A stretch of 64,000 nucleotides of DNA from Candidatus Uhrbacteria bacterium. GTDB taxonomy: Bacteria; Patescibacteriota; Patescibacteriia; UBA9934; GWF2-40-263. This document shows positions 38,761-48,478 of this stretch, one piece after another. The notes under the pieces were generated by a model that was given only the letters and a program-made list of their open reading frames with translations, did not search any database and was not told the DNA's origin. Location: the NCBI GenBank assembly GCA_016844925.1, contig JAERTI010000036.1, positions 11,053-75,052 on the forward strand. Reading direction: 5' to 3'. Within the stretch, counting starts at the first letter, position 1, and each line of letters opens with the position of its first letter. The position numbers and the translations under genes are program-made.

Positions 38761-39150
38761 GTAAGTCGTTCTTTCACACCAAACTCTTGGGAGGTTTCCC
38801 GAAATCACGTTGACAGCTTGTCGGCGGGTGCCCCACGCCCGTGTGCTTTAGGGAAACGTCTTACCGACTTTACTGTTCAGTGAACTGTAAAAACGAAAAC
38901 AAAAACGAACATTCCTAGGTTAGCCAGCACTATGACGACCTCGGTCGTTCGCAGGTAAAACCAATGAATGGTAAAGCGGAGAGTTTCTTACCGGTCCGTG
39001 TTCGTGCCCAAAGGGCGTTGAGTTGTGTGACAGCAAAACTGTCATAGAACCCAGCGCCTAGACAGGCCAACATCTAAACCGGTCCTACGTGAGGGCCACA
39101 TCTGAAGTAATCTTCATTAAAGCAGATGACATGGCCCTCTTCTTCTTTTT
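38761..39150 (+). ncRNA. Candidate large structured RNA of unknown family
   Basis: No credible ORF; many nested stems; own promoter; ends in a GAGGGCCA...TGGCCCTC hairpin plus T-tract. Confidence 0.55.
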
Positions 39151-39196
39151 AAAAAATGGTGATACGCTTTCATCACTGTTTTTAATGACAAGACGT

Positions 39197-39571
39197 ATGG
39201 GAACCGATTTTGAAACAAAAATGAACGACTACTTGCAAGGAGAGAAGACTCGTCTAGAAAAAGAACTAGCGAGTTTTGCGCACCGCAACCTCAAGGCAAG
39301 TGAGACAGATTACGACACTGACTTTCCAAACATCGGAGATAAGGATGATGAAAACGCTTCAGAAGTCGCACAATTTTCAAACAACCTCTCTCTAGAAGAC
39401 GAACTAGAGAAGGCTCTACGCGACGTTGAATCTGCTCTCAAGCGCATCGAGGATGGCGCTTACGGGACTTGTAAGTACTGTTCACAACCAATCAACGAAA
39501 AGCGGCTGGTTGCACGCCCAACTTCTAGCTCTTGTATCCAGTGTAAGAAGACCCTCACACAAGAAGTGTGA
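39197..39571 (+). CDS. TraR/DksA C4 zinc-finger protein
   Basis: AL.RI..G.YG.C..C...I...RL.A.P....C..C. Confidence 0.88.
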   Translation: MGTDFETKMNDYLQGEKTRLEKELASFAHRNLKASETDYDTDFPNIGDKDDENASEVAQFSNNLSLEDELEKALRDVESALKRIEDGAYGTCKYCSQPINEKRLVARPTSSSCIQCKKTLTQEV

Positions 39572-40047
39572 AGTACACGCAGAAAACATTTTGGCTCCTG
39601 CTCCCGATCGCCCTCGTTGTTCTTGCAGATGAATGGATGAAGTACATTGCCCTAGGGCGACTCCCTCAAGAAGGGAGTCTTCTTAGTAACGGTATCTTTG
39701 ACCTGGCAATCCACAAAAACTACGGCATCGCTTTTGATATCCCTTTTAAGCTGGAGTTTGTCATTGCTTTTTCTCTCATTATCGGAGCAATTCTACTCAA
39801 GATCGCTTGTGAGAATAGGAAGAAGAAACCTGAAATCAGTTTTGCTGCTCTTGTCATCGTCATTGGAGCAATTGGAAACCTCTATGACCGCATCGTCTAT
39901 GGCTTCACGGTCGACTACATGATCTGGTTTGAGCGTTCAGCAATCAACCTGTCGGATATCGTTATTGTTATGGGTGTTGTACTGCTCTTACTGAATTCAA
40001 GACGAGGAAAGAGACGCTCACCAAGATTGACATCAAGGAAAAAATAG
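39568..40047 (+). CDS. lspA: Lipoprotein signal peptidase
   Basis: N.GIAF, GAIGNLYDRI..G..VDY, NLSD. Confidence 0.88.
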   Translation: MKYTQKTFWLLLPIALVVLADEWMKYIALGRLPQEGSLLSNGIFDLAIHKNYGIAFDIPFKLEFVIAFSLIIGAILLKIACENRKKKPEISFAALVIVIGAIGNLYDRIVYGFTVDYMIWFERSAINLSDIVIVMGVVLLLLNSRRGKRRSPRLTSRKK

Positions 40048-40096
40048 CGTAGTCTAGCCATATAAATAAACCCCCTGCGTAATCGCTGGGGGTTTT

Positions 40097-41617
40097 ATGT
40101 TTCATATTATTTCAAGTGCCAACGTTGGAATCGAACCGGTTCCAATCACTGTAGAGACCGACGTTACCATGGGCCTTAGAGTATTTTCTGTTGTTGGATT
40201 GCCAGATGCATCCGTGCGTGAAGCGCGCGACAGAATTCGAGCAGCCATGCGTTGCTCAGGGTACAAGTTTCCGCGCGGACGCGTGACGGTAAATCTTGCA
40301 CCAGCCAACGTGCGTAAACAAGGACCTGTGTACGATCTACCTATCGCACTCTCTATCCTTGTAGCGATGGGCATTATTCCACGAACAGCTATCGAGCACG
40401 CCGTATTCATCGGAGAACTTGCCCTAGATGGAAGCGTGCGCCCTGTTCACGGAGCACTCACCACGGCCCTTATGGCACACCGAACTGGACGCACCGCGGT
40501 CTTTGTCCCAAAACAAAACGCTGCCGAAACCTGTGCACTACGCGGACTCACAGTGTACCCCGTTGAATCGTTGAGCACACTTGTCGATCACCTTCTTGGC
40601 ATCAAACGTATCAGTCCTGCCAAACGCGTTCGTCAAAACACAACAGCCACACATCGATACGACTTCTCGAATGTGAAGGGTCAGGAGGGAGCAAAGCGTG
40701 GATTGGAAATCGCTGCAGCTGGAGCTCATAACATTCTCTTGAAAGGCCCACCTGGGGCAGGGAAGACGCTCCTGGCTCGATCACTTCCATCCATTCTTCC
40801 AACTCTTACCTACGAAGAATCGCTTGAGGTGACATCCATCACATCGATTGCCGGCCTCCCACTTCCCGCCACGGGACTCATTCACAACAGACCATTTCGC
40901 GCACCACACCACAGCGCCTCTGCCGTAGCTCTCGTTGGTGGGGGAGCATGGCCAAAACCAGGGGAAGTCTCTCTGGCACATCGAGGCGTTCTCTTTCTAG
41001 ATGAGCTCCCTGAATTTTCGCGATACGCTCTTGAGCATCTTAGGCAACCGATTGAGGATGGTTGTGTGACCATCTCTCGTGCCACAGGATCTGTTCAATT
41101 TCCAGCACGGTTTCTCCTTATCGCCGCCATGAACCCATGCCCCTGCGGGCATTTCACCAACCCTCATCGCCAGTGCACTTGTCGATTGAACCAAATAACG
41201 AAGTATCAAAAGAAGATCTCCGGGCCGCTCCTTGACCGGTTCGATATTGTCATTGAAGTCCCCGCGGTGGAGCATGACAAACTCCTCTCAGACGAGACAC
41301 TCGAAACATCACAGAACGTCCGAACCCGAATCAAGCAAGCGCGCGTGGTTCAAGAGAAGAGAATGAAACCTCTTGGACTCCTCACGAACAATGAAATCAC
41401 CACTGGACAACTCGACACGATTTGCCATCTCTCCAGTGACGCCAAACAACTTCTTGAGCAAGCACTCAGGGCAAACAAACTTTCTGCACGCGGCTACACA
41501 AGGGTACGGAAGGTGGCACGAACCATTGCCGACCTGGCAGGCGAGGAATCCATTGCTGTCGAACATATCGCTGAAGCGCTTCAATATCGTGGGCAAGACG
41601 CTCTAGAGGTCTCATAG
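40097..41617 (+). CDS. comM: YifB/ComM Mg-chelatase-like AAA+ ATPase
   Basis: VGLPD, NLAPA, GPPGAGKT, PFRAPHH, GEVSLAHRGVLFLDE, AMNPCPCG. Confidence 0.93.
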   Translation: MFHIISSANVGIEPVPITVETDVTMGLRVFSVVGLPDASVREARDRIRAAMRCSGYKFPRGRVTVNLAPANVRKQGPVYDLPIALSILVAMGIIPRTAIEHAVFIGELALDGSVRPVHGALTTALMAHRTGRTAVFVPKQNAAETCALRGLTVYPVESLSTLVDHLLGIKRISPAKRVRQNTTATHRYDFSNVKGQEGAKRGLEIAAAGAHNILLKGPPGAGKTLLARSLPSILPTLTYEESLEVTSITSIAGLPLPATGLIHNRPFRAPHHSASAVALVGGGAWPKPGEVSLAHRGVLFLDELPEFSRYALEHLRQPIEDGCVTISRATGSVQFPARFLLIAAMNPCPCGHFTNPHRQCTCRLNQITKYQKKISGPLLDRFDIVIEVPAVEHDKLLSDETLETSQNVRTRIKQARVVQEKRMKPLGLLTNNEITTGQLDTICHLSSDAKQLLEQALRANKLSARGYTRVRKVARTIADLAGEESIAVEHIAEALQYRGQDALEVS

Positions 41618-41689
41618 AGGCCCTTGACACCCTCTACAGCCATGCTAATGTCTTCAGCCAGCACAACCCGAACGAGAAGGAGACTTTCC

Positions 41690-42196
41690 ATGCGACTCGT
41701 GCTGCTGATGGCGCTGTGCGCCACGACCCTGACCGCCTGCGGCCCCGACATGGTGGGCGGCAACGGTGGTGACGACACCGACGCCCCCGAGACCGAGACC
41801 TACCAGATCTGGGCCGAGCGCCTGGACGAGCACGCGCAGGTGAACGCCGAGCTGCTCGCCACCTGGGACGATCCCAACGCGCACGGCTGGCACTTCCAGC
41901 AGCCGGACACCGAGGGCGACGTCGAGCTCGAGTTCAACGACGCGCAGATCGAAGGTGCGCTCGCGAGCAACCCGGACTTCGACCTCGAGAACCTGGAGTG
42001 CATCCGCTTCAACGTCACCTGGGGCGAGGGCTGCGAGCAGGACGGCTCCCAGAGCCACTGCAACTGGCTGAGCTACGGACAGGGCGACAGTGCCTACACC
42101 ACCGGCGACTACAGCTTCGACGCCCCCGGCGACTGGGACACCCCCTGGATCATCGACGTCGACTCCGGCAGCTCCCTCATCAGCTGCCGCAACTGA
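41690..42196 (+). CDS. Lipoprotein (GC-rich orphan)
   Basis: MRLVLLMALCATTLTAC lipobox; SD AGGAG; promoter TTGACA-16-TAATGT; terminator at about 42211-42241. Confidence 0.8.
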   Translation: MRLVLLMALCATTLTACGPDMVGGNGGDDTDAPETETYQIWAERLDEHAQVNAELLATWDDPNAHGWHFQQPDTEGDVELEFNDAQIEGALASNPDFDLENLECIRFNVTWGEGCEQDGSQSHCNWLSYGQGDSAYTTGDYSFDAPGDWDTPWIIDVDSGSSLISCRN

Positions 42197-42467
42197 GCCA
42201 CACCGGCTCCGCCCCTACCTCGGTAGCGGGCTTTTCTTTTTGAAGACAATTAGATCTTGTAACAAAAAACCGAGAGCTCGATGCCCTCGGTTTTTTACCC
42301 CCACCACCTCACCTTCCACTCGGTCCACCCTGGTGAACGAGCGCTGGGACAATTTTGAGTCGGACAGTGTCCCTACAGATCTCAACATTCGTCCCAGTGA
42401 TCGGCTCGCCCACTCATAGCGAGACCAACCCCCAGTCTTCGACGAGCTCCGAGCTTTGTCTCGTCAC

Positions 42468-43133
42468 CTACTTACCAAACCGCCGCTGCCTATTCTCAAA
42501 ATCCTCCAAGCACGCTTCCAAATCTTCCTCACCAAAATCCGGCCAATTCTTTTCAATAAACTTCAACTCACTATAGACACCACCCCACGTCAGGAACCCC
42601 GACAACCGTCGCTCACCTGATGTACGCACAATCATGTCTGCGTCAGGAATCGACTGTGACCAAAGCACCTGACTAATATTCTCCTCTGTCACCTCAACTC
42701 CAGAGTCAATCAACGCCTTCACTCCATCCACAATCTCGGCGCGCCCTCCATAGTTCACACATAAATTAATCTGCCCACGCTTGCCGCTCGCCGTTGTCTG
42801 CTCCGCCTTCTCAATCGCGGTAATAATCTTGTCACTCAACCCCTCACGCCGACCAACAACCTTCAAACGCACATCATGCTCCAAGAAAAAATCGAGGTCC
42901 TTTGTCAGGGCCTTAAGGAGCAGGTCCATCAGGTACCCAACCTCTTCCTCACTCCGCTTCCAGTTCTCCGTCGAGAATGCGTAGACAGTAAAAAATTCAA
43001 CACCGCGCTCAAGCGCGGCCAGTCCGATCGTTTTTACATTGTCGTATCCTCGACGATGTCCCTCCAGTGTTGGCAGACCCTTCTCACGAGCCCACCGCCT
43101 GTTTCCATCGATAATAATAGCTAGATGTTTCAT
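42468..43133 (-). CDS. uppS: Undecaprenyl/polyprenyl diphosphate synthase
   Basis: HLAIIIDGNRRWA, YAFSTENWKR, NYGGR, RTSGERRLSGF. Confidence 0.95.
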   Translation of the reverse strand: MKHLAIIIDGNRRWAREKGLPTLEGHRRGYDNVKTIGLAALERGVEFFTVYAFSTENWKRSEEEVGYLMDLLLKALTKDLDFFLEHDVRLKVVGRREGLSDKIITAIEKAEQTTASGKRGQINLCVNYGGRAEIVDGVKALIDSGVEVTEENISQVLWSQSIPDADMIVRTSGERRLSGFLTWGGVYSELKFIEKNWPDFGEEDLEACLEDFENRQRRFGK

Positions 43134-43513
43134 ATCAGCCGGAAGTATAGATAGATTCCTAGCAGAAGCGCAACCCAAGCTAATCCAATGGCGTCCATGA
43201 GCTTCATGCGCCACTGAAACTCCTCCCAACTACTCCAACCACCATACTTCCAGCTCCAGCGCCTCCCAAACAATAAGCAGGCAAACAAAGCCACGATCCC
43301 GAAGACAGGCACAAGCGAAAGCAGAAACCAAAGATATAAATGTGCGCCAAAGGCCCAACCTTGTGTAAATAGTAGCGCTCCAAGCGCTGGCCCACGAAGG
43401 TACCGCGCTCGAATCTTCTCATCCGGCTCAAGTACAAGCGTAAATCCGCATCCACCACAGCGCTCATTCCAGGTCTCGATCTCTTTTTTACATGATGTGC
43501 ACGTGCGTTCCAT
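43130..43513 (-). CDS. Small membrane protein with N-terminal zinc ribbon
   Basis: CxxC...CxxC followed by TM segments; ATGA coupling to uppS. Confidence 0.7.
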   Translation of the reverse strand: MERTCTSCKKEIETWNERCGGCGFTLVLEPDEKIRARYLRGPALGALLFTQGWAFGAHLYLWFLLSLVPVFGIVALFACLLFGRRWSWKYGGWSSWEEFQWRMKLMDAIGLAWVALLLGIYLYFRLI

Positions 43514-43554
43514 ACCTGAGCAGTATAACAAAACAGAGCCCTATGGGACTCTGT

Positions 43555-44829
43555 TTATCGAACGTAATCAAGTGGGTTCTGGAATCGGCCGTTGCGGATA
43601 ATCTCAAAGTGCAAGTGCGTTCCTGTTGAGCGTCCGGTGGTACCTGTCTGTGCGATCGCTTGCCCTGTCGAAACAGTATCACCTACACCCACGTAATTCT
43701 TCGCATGGTGCGCGTATCGAGTGACATATCCATCACCATGATCCACTTCCACCGTAAGTCCATATCCACTGCGCCACCCTGAGAAAATGACCACACCACC
43801 ACGGGCAGCGTAACTATTGGTCGAATAATCTCCATCGATATCCAATCCCGTGTGTCGCCAACCCCAGTACTGCGTAATCACGCGCCAGTCGGTAGGCCAG
43901 ACCCACCCTGTGGCAGACGACGTCGCCCCAGAGGCCGTAGATGGTGCCGTAAAGAGTGTTGTAAGTGAGGCACTCTTACGCGCGGTACTTGCTGGAGATG
44001 GTGGCTCGCCTCCTGGCAGAAGCAACTCGTCACCAATCGAAAGCGTATGAGCACTCTCCATGTTGTTTTGGTTCATGATGTCCTCGACGTCCACATCATA
44101 CCGACTCGCAATACGTGAAAGTGTGTCTCCACTTGTGACGGTATAAAGCACACCGTCGGACGGAAGAATTTTCAAATCATCACCTGGCTGAATCGTACTG
44201 TTGTATGTCAGGCCATTGGCCCAAAGTACTGTTGAGAGCGAGAGACCAAACTTCTCCGCAATCACCCCAAGCGTATCCCCCTGCTCAATCACATACGTCT
44301 CAACGCTCCCGCGAACAGGAATATCTCGAGCTGGCTCCTCTACAAGATCTGTACCCACCTGCGGTGTTACGTAAGACTCCTCCAAATAATGAAAGTCAAT
44401 GTGTCGACGCGCGTCCACAATCGTATCAGACATATAGGACGAACTTGACCCAAGTGACACAACAGGGCTCCCAGCCTCAACCACCTCCAGGACATAACTA
44501 TCATCCTGCGCCACCAGCTCATACAGCAAGCTCTGCTGACCAAAATCCTCAGCGCGCACTTCACGCGCGGAAAGATTCACAAACACGACACTCCCCACAA
44601 TGATCGCCATCATCACGTGCACGGTATAACGATTCGAGATAAAGAACGCGACGCGATGCTTGGCTGGCCCCATAACCCTGGCCACGTTCCGCCTGAAGAG
44701 AAGCACTAAGCGATACACGGGCACACCAATCACGCGGGTCAAAAAAAGACCAATACCCCTCATGGGCACGGCCATCTTCTGGAGGATTGGTCCCCCTTTC
44801 TGCTTTACAAAAACCAAGGCGCGCAGCAC
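43555..44829 (-). CDS. LysM-domain M23 peptidase
   Basis: Two LysM repeats; HTGLD, YAH, TGRSTGTHLHFE. True start may lie slightly upstream. Confidence 0.92.
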   Translation of the reverse strand: MLRALVFVKQKGGPILQKMAVPMRGIGLFLTRVIGVPVYRLVLLFRRNVARVMGPAKHRVAFFISNRYTVHVMMAIIVGSVVFVNLSAREVRAEDFGQQSLLYELVAQDDSYVLEVVEAGSPVVSLGSSSSYMSDTIVDARRHIDFHYLEESYVTPQVGTDLVEEPARDIPVRGSVETYVIEQGDTLGVIAEKFGLSLSTVLWANGLTYNSTIQPGDDLKILPSDGVLYTVTSGDTLSRIASRYDVDVEDIMNQNNMESAHTLSIGDELLLPGGEPPSPASTARKSASLTTLFTAPSTASGATSSATGWVWPTDWRVITQYWGWRHTGLDIDGDYSTNSYAARGGVVIFSGWRSGYGLTVEVDHGDGYVTRYAHHAKNYVGVGDTVSTGQAIAQTGTTGRSTGTHLHFEIIRNGRFQNPLDYVR

Positions 44830-44930
44830 GCCTAGAGCGGATTGAACGATGAGTTGTTTAATCCTGAGATTGATAAAAATCGCTTAATTTGCAGCCGGAA
44901 TCATAGCGGAAATGACCGTTTCTGTCCAGG

Positions 44931-45299
44931 CTAGTGGGGTCGCGTTGTTCCCTCGCGTCCGTAGTCATCTGAGAACCGTTCAATGTCATCTTCCCCAAAG
45001 TAGTCACCACGCTGCACCTCAATAAACACCAACGGCTCATCTCCAAGACAAGCAATACGATGCTTGGATTGCAAAGGAACGATCAACACCTCTCCAGGAC
45101 CGTGCTCTGTATCAACATCGTCGAGTGTAAACGTTCCCCGACCAGAAATGATGACCCAAAACTCTTCCCGGCGCTGATGCCTTTGATAGGAGAGCCTGCC
45201 ACCTGGCTGCACTTGAATGCGCTTCACTTGATGATCGGCTTGCACATCCAAAATGTCATAGCGTCCCCAAGGTCGAATATTTTCTGGCTGCTCGGTCAT
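44931..45299 (-). CDS. Mannose-6-phosphate isomerase type II C-terminal cupin
   Basis: RPWG, LSYQRHxxRxExW, IEVQxGxYxGEDDIER. Confidence 0.9.
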   Translation of the reverse strand: MTEQPENIRPWGRYDILDVQADHQVKRIQVQPGGRLSYQRHQRREEFWVIISGRGTFTLDDVDTEHGPGEVLIVPLQSKHRIACLGDEPLVFIEVQRGDYFGEDDIERFSDDYGREGTTRPH

Positions 45300-45913
45300 A
45301 CCAATGTTGGATGGAATGTTTTATACGTCATGCGATGAATGGCACACGGGCCATGCTCCTTAATCGCCTGTCTGTGCGCGGCCGTACCATACCCTTTATG
45401 TCCATCGAATCCATATTGAGGAAATGCCTGTGCATGCTCACGCATCTGCCGATCTCGTGTCACTTTAGCCAAGATCGACGCGGCGGCAATGGAACGAATC
45501 TTTCGATCACCCTTGATAAATCCCTGCTGCGGAACCGTGAGTCCTGGAACAGTCCATGCATCAACGAGTGCGTAGTCGACTTGTGCAATCGACTCAACGG
45601 CACGCCTCATGGCTAAGTACGTTGCCGGACGAATACCAATCTTTTCAATCTCCTCAACACTTGCCTGTCCCACGCCCCAGCTCACTGATTGTTCTTTTAC
45701 CTGATCAAACAGCTCCTCACGCACCTTTTCACTTAAAAGCTTGCTATCACGAAGCTTTTCTAGTCCCGAATCGATGGTCAGAATCGCTGCCCCAGCCACC
45801 ACGGGCCCCGCAAGTGCGCCACAACCAGCCTCATCTACACCCACAATCCACTGATATCCCTGTGCCTGTAATGCTTGTTCAACTTTAAACGTAGGAGCCT
45901 GACGGATTGACAT
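45296..45913 (-). CDS. rnhB: Ribonuclease HII
   Basis: GVDEAG.G.LAGPV, DSK, KGD, IAAASILAKV, HKGYGT. Confidence 0.95.
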   Translation of the reverse strand: MSIRQAPTFKVEQALQAQGYQWIVGVDEAGCGALAGPVVAGAAILTIDSGLEKLRDSKLLSEKVREELFDQVKEQSVSWGVGQASVEEIEKIGIRPATYLAMRRAVESIAQVDYALVDAWTVPGLTVPQQGFIKGDRKIRSIAAASILAKVTRDRQMREHAQAFPQYGFDGHKGYGTAAHRQAIKEHGPCAIHRMTYKTFHPTLV

Positions 45914-45988
45914 AAGGGGGCTATTTTCTTAGACTTACGACCGTATTTCCGTAAATAAATTAAATCTCGCATTTCGTATCGAGTCTCT

Positions 45989-47980
45989 ATGACTATTATA
46001 CAGTACGCTATTGGCGCGGGGATCCTGGCACTCCTTTATGGAGGGCTTTTGATTCAGTGGATCCTCAAGCGCCCAGCAGGAGAGGGGAAGATGAAAGGAA
46101 TCGCTTTGGCGATCCAAGAGGGAGCATCTGCCTACATGGCACGCCAGTACAAAATGATCGCCGGTATCGGTGTCGTGATGTTCTGGATCCTGGGCATGGT
46201 CCTGGGCTGGAACCTGGCCTTCGGGTTCGCTGTCGGTGCCGTTCTTTCAGGACTCGCCGGCTACATCGGCATGAGCGTGTCCGTACGTGCGAACGTTCGC
46301 ACCACTGAGGCAGCAAAGAAGGGTCTCTCAGAGGCCATGGACGTTGCTGTCCGCGGAGGAGCCGTTACTGGACTCTTCGTTGTTGGTCTCGCCCTCTTGG
46401 GTGTTGCTGGATTCTACGCAGCAACAGGAGACACTCACGCCCTCATCGGACTGGGCTTCGGAGGATCTTTGATCTCCGTCTTCGCACGTCTTGGAGGAGG
46501 TATCTTCACCAAGGCTGCTGACGTAGGAGCTGACCTCGTTGGAAAAACTGAGGCTGGCATCCCTGAGGATGACCCTCGTAACCCAGCTGTGATTGCTGAC
46601 AACGTTGGTGACAACGTTGGTGACTGTGCTGGAATGGCAGCCGACCTCTTTGAGACGTACGCTGTGACATCTGTCGCCGCCATGCTCTTGGCAGCACTCA
46701 CCTTTACTGGAAACGAGACCGTTGTTCTCTATCCACTTGCCTTGGGGGCTGTTGCGATCGTTGCCTCCATCGTTGGAACACTCTTTATCAAGATTGGAAA
46801 AGATAAGAACATCATGAAGGCTCTCTATAAGGGCCTCATCGTCGCAGGTATTCTCGCAGCTGCCGGTTTCTACCCTGTGACTACTTCCATGCTCGCGGGC
46901 ATTGAAGGACTCAACGCCATGAACGTGTATTACTCCGCCCTTCTGGGACTCGGTGTAACCGCGCTCATGATCATGATCACCGAGTACTACACTGCTACCG
47001 AGTACAAGCCTGTACAGCGCTTGGCTGAGGCTTCAGAGTCTGGACACGGAACCAACATCATCGCTGGTCTTGCTCTGTCCATGAAGTCCACCGCGCTTCC
47101 TGTGATCACCATCGTGGTTGGTATCTTAGTTGCCTTTGAACTCGCTGGACTCTTTGGTATCGCCATCGCTGCCATGTCCATGCTTTCACTCACCGGTATC
47201 ATTGTTGCCATGGACGCCTTTGGTCCTATCACCGACAACGCTGGTGGAATTGCTGAAATGGCCGAGCTCCCAGAGAAGGTCCGTGAAATCACCGACGCAC
47301 TGGACGCTGTTGGAAATACCACAAAAGCTGTAACCAAGGCGTACGCCATCGGTTCTGCCGGACTCGCTGCTCTCGTACTCTTCGGAGACTATGTGCACGC
47401 TATCGAGGCAGAGGGTGTAAGCGTCGTCTTTGAACTCGACGATCCAAACGTCATCGCCGGACTCTTCCTCGGAGGTCTCGTAACCTACCTCTTCGGCGCT
47501 ATGGCCATGGAAGCTGTTGGAAAAGCGGCTGGTGCGGTTGTCGAAGAAGTACGCCGCCAGTTCCGTGAAATTCCTGGCATCATGAAAGGAACGGCTAAGC
47601 CAGAGTACGGTAAGGCTGTAGACCTCGTAACTGGTGCCGCAATCCGTTACATGTTTGTTCCATCTCTGCTCGCTGTGCTTGCTCCAGTTGTTGTGGGATT
47701 CACCCTCGGTGTAGAGGCTCTCGGTGGACTCCTTATCGGATCCATCATCACCGGACTCTTCGTGGCTATTTCCATGACCACCGGTGGAGGAGCTTGGGAC
47801 AATGCAAAGAAATACATTGAAGTTGGAAACTATGGCGGTAAGGGCTCCGACGCCCACAAGGCTGCCGTTACAGGTGACACCGTAGGCGATCCCTACAAAG
47901 ACACCGCTGGCCCAGCTATCAACCCAATGATCAAGATCTTGAACATTGTGGCCCTGCTGATTGTCGCACTAATCGTCTAA
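45989..47980 (+). CDS. hppA: Membrane-bound ion-translocating pyrophosphatase, K+-independent type
   Basis: [40 protein letters not shown]. Confidence 0.95.
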   Translation: MTIIQYAIGAGILALLYGGLLIQWILKRPAGEGKMKGIALAIQEGASAYMARQYKMIAGIGVVMFWILGMVLGWNLAFGFAVGAVLSGLAGYIGMSVSVRANVRTTEAAKKGLSEAMDVAVRGGAVTGLFVVGLALLGVAGFYAATGDTHALIGLGFGGSLISVFARLGGGIFTKAADVGADLVGKTEAGIPEDDPRNPAVIADNVGDNVGDCAGMAADLFETYAVTSVAAMLLAALTFTGNETVVLYPLALGAVAIVASIVGTLFIKIGKDKNIMKALYKGLIVAGILAAAGFYPVTTSMLAGIEGLNAMNVYYSALLGLGVTALMIMITEYYTATEYKPVQRLAEASESGHGTNIIAGLALSMKSTALPVITIVVGILVAFELAGLFGIAIAAMSMLSLTGIIVAMDAFGPITDNAGGIAEMAELPEKVREITDALDAVGNTTKAVTKAYAIGSAGLAALVLFGDYVHAIEAEGVSVVFELDDPNVIAGLFLGGLVTYLFGAMAMEAVGKAAGAVVEEVRRQFREIPGIMKGTAKPEYGKAVDLVTGAAIRYMFVPSLLAVLAPVVVGFTLGVEALGGLLIGSIITGLFVAISMTTGGGAWDNAKKYIEVGNYGGKGSDAHKAAVTGDTVGDPYKDTAGPAINPMIKILNIVALLIVALIV

Positions 47981-48092
47981 ATAGACAGAACAAAAACACC
48001 CCGGCCTCGGCTGGGGTGTTTTGATTTTGGCAAAGAAAAAACCGCCGCGTTGCGTACGGGCGGAGATGTGCTTGTCAGGAGGTCGAGTTGTT

Positions 48093-48362
48093 TCAGTCCT
48101 CCATTACACTGAGGACGTAGCGAGTCTTCTCCTTTCCACCGAGAGCCTTCAGAAGCGTCTCGATGGCTTTCTTGTGGACCCACTTCTTGCCAATGAACTT
48201 CCCGCGGTCACGTGGGGGGATGTCCACCTCAATGACGACGGATCTGGTGCCGACGACTTCTCGGACGTCGATTTCGTCGGGATTGTCCACGAGGGACTTG
48301 GCGATCTTCCTGACCAGCCAAGTGCCGTGACGTTCTCCGCAACTGGGATCGTAGCTGGCCAT
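48093..48362 (-). CDS. KhpA-like KH-domain protein with degenerate GxxG
   Basis: IAKSLVDNPDEIDV...DRGKFIGKKW; SD AAGGAGGT; promoter TTGACT-17-CATGCT. Confidence 0.75.
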   Translation of the reverse strand: MASYDPSCGERHGTWLVRKIAKSLVDNPDEIDVREVVGTRSVVIEVDIPPRDRGKFIGKKWVHKKAIETLLKALGGKEKTRYVLSVMED

Positions 48363-48478
48363 GACGACCTCCTTTGTGACAAGTGTGGCCAGCATGGTGC
48401 AAACGCGGGGGGAAGTCAAGAAAGAAAAAAGCCGCCGGAGTGATTCCAGGCGGCAGCGGAGTTGTGTCCGCACGTTGT

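Noticed and set aside
38761-39150. tmRNA, RNase P RNA or T-box identity
   Set aside because: No tRNA-like ends or Ala-ending tag, no GAGGAAAGTCC P4 strand, no T-box GGTGGTACC; a very divergent member cannot be excluded without cmscan.
44830-44885. Possible ATT start extending the M23 peptidase (IKQLIVQSALGV)
   Set aside because: The frame is open upstream of the GTG, but nothing in the sequence distinguishes the starts; it needs ortholog alignment.
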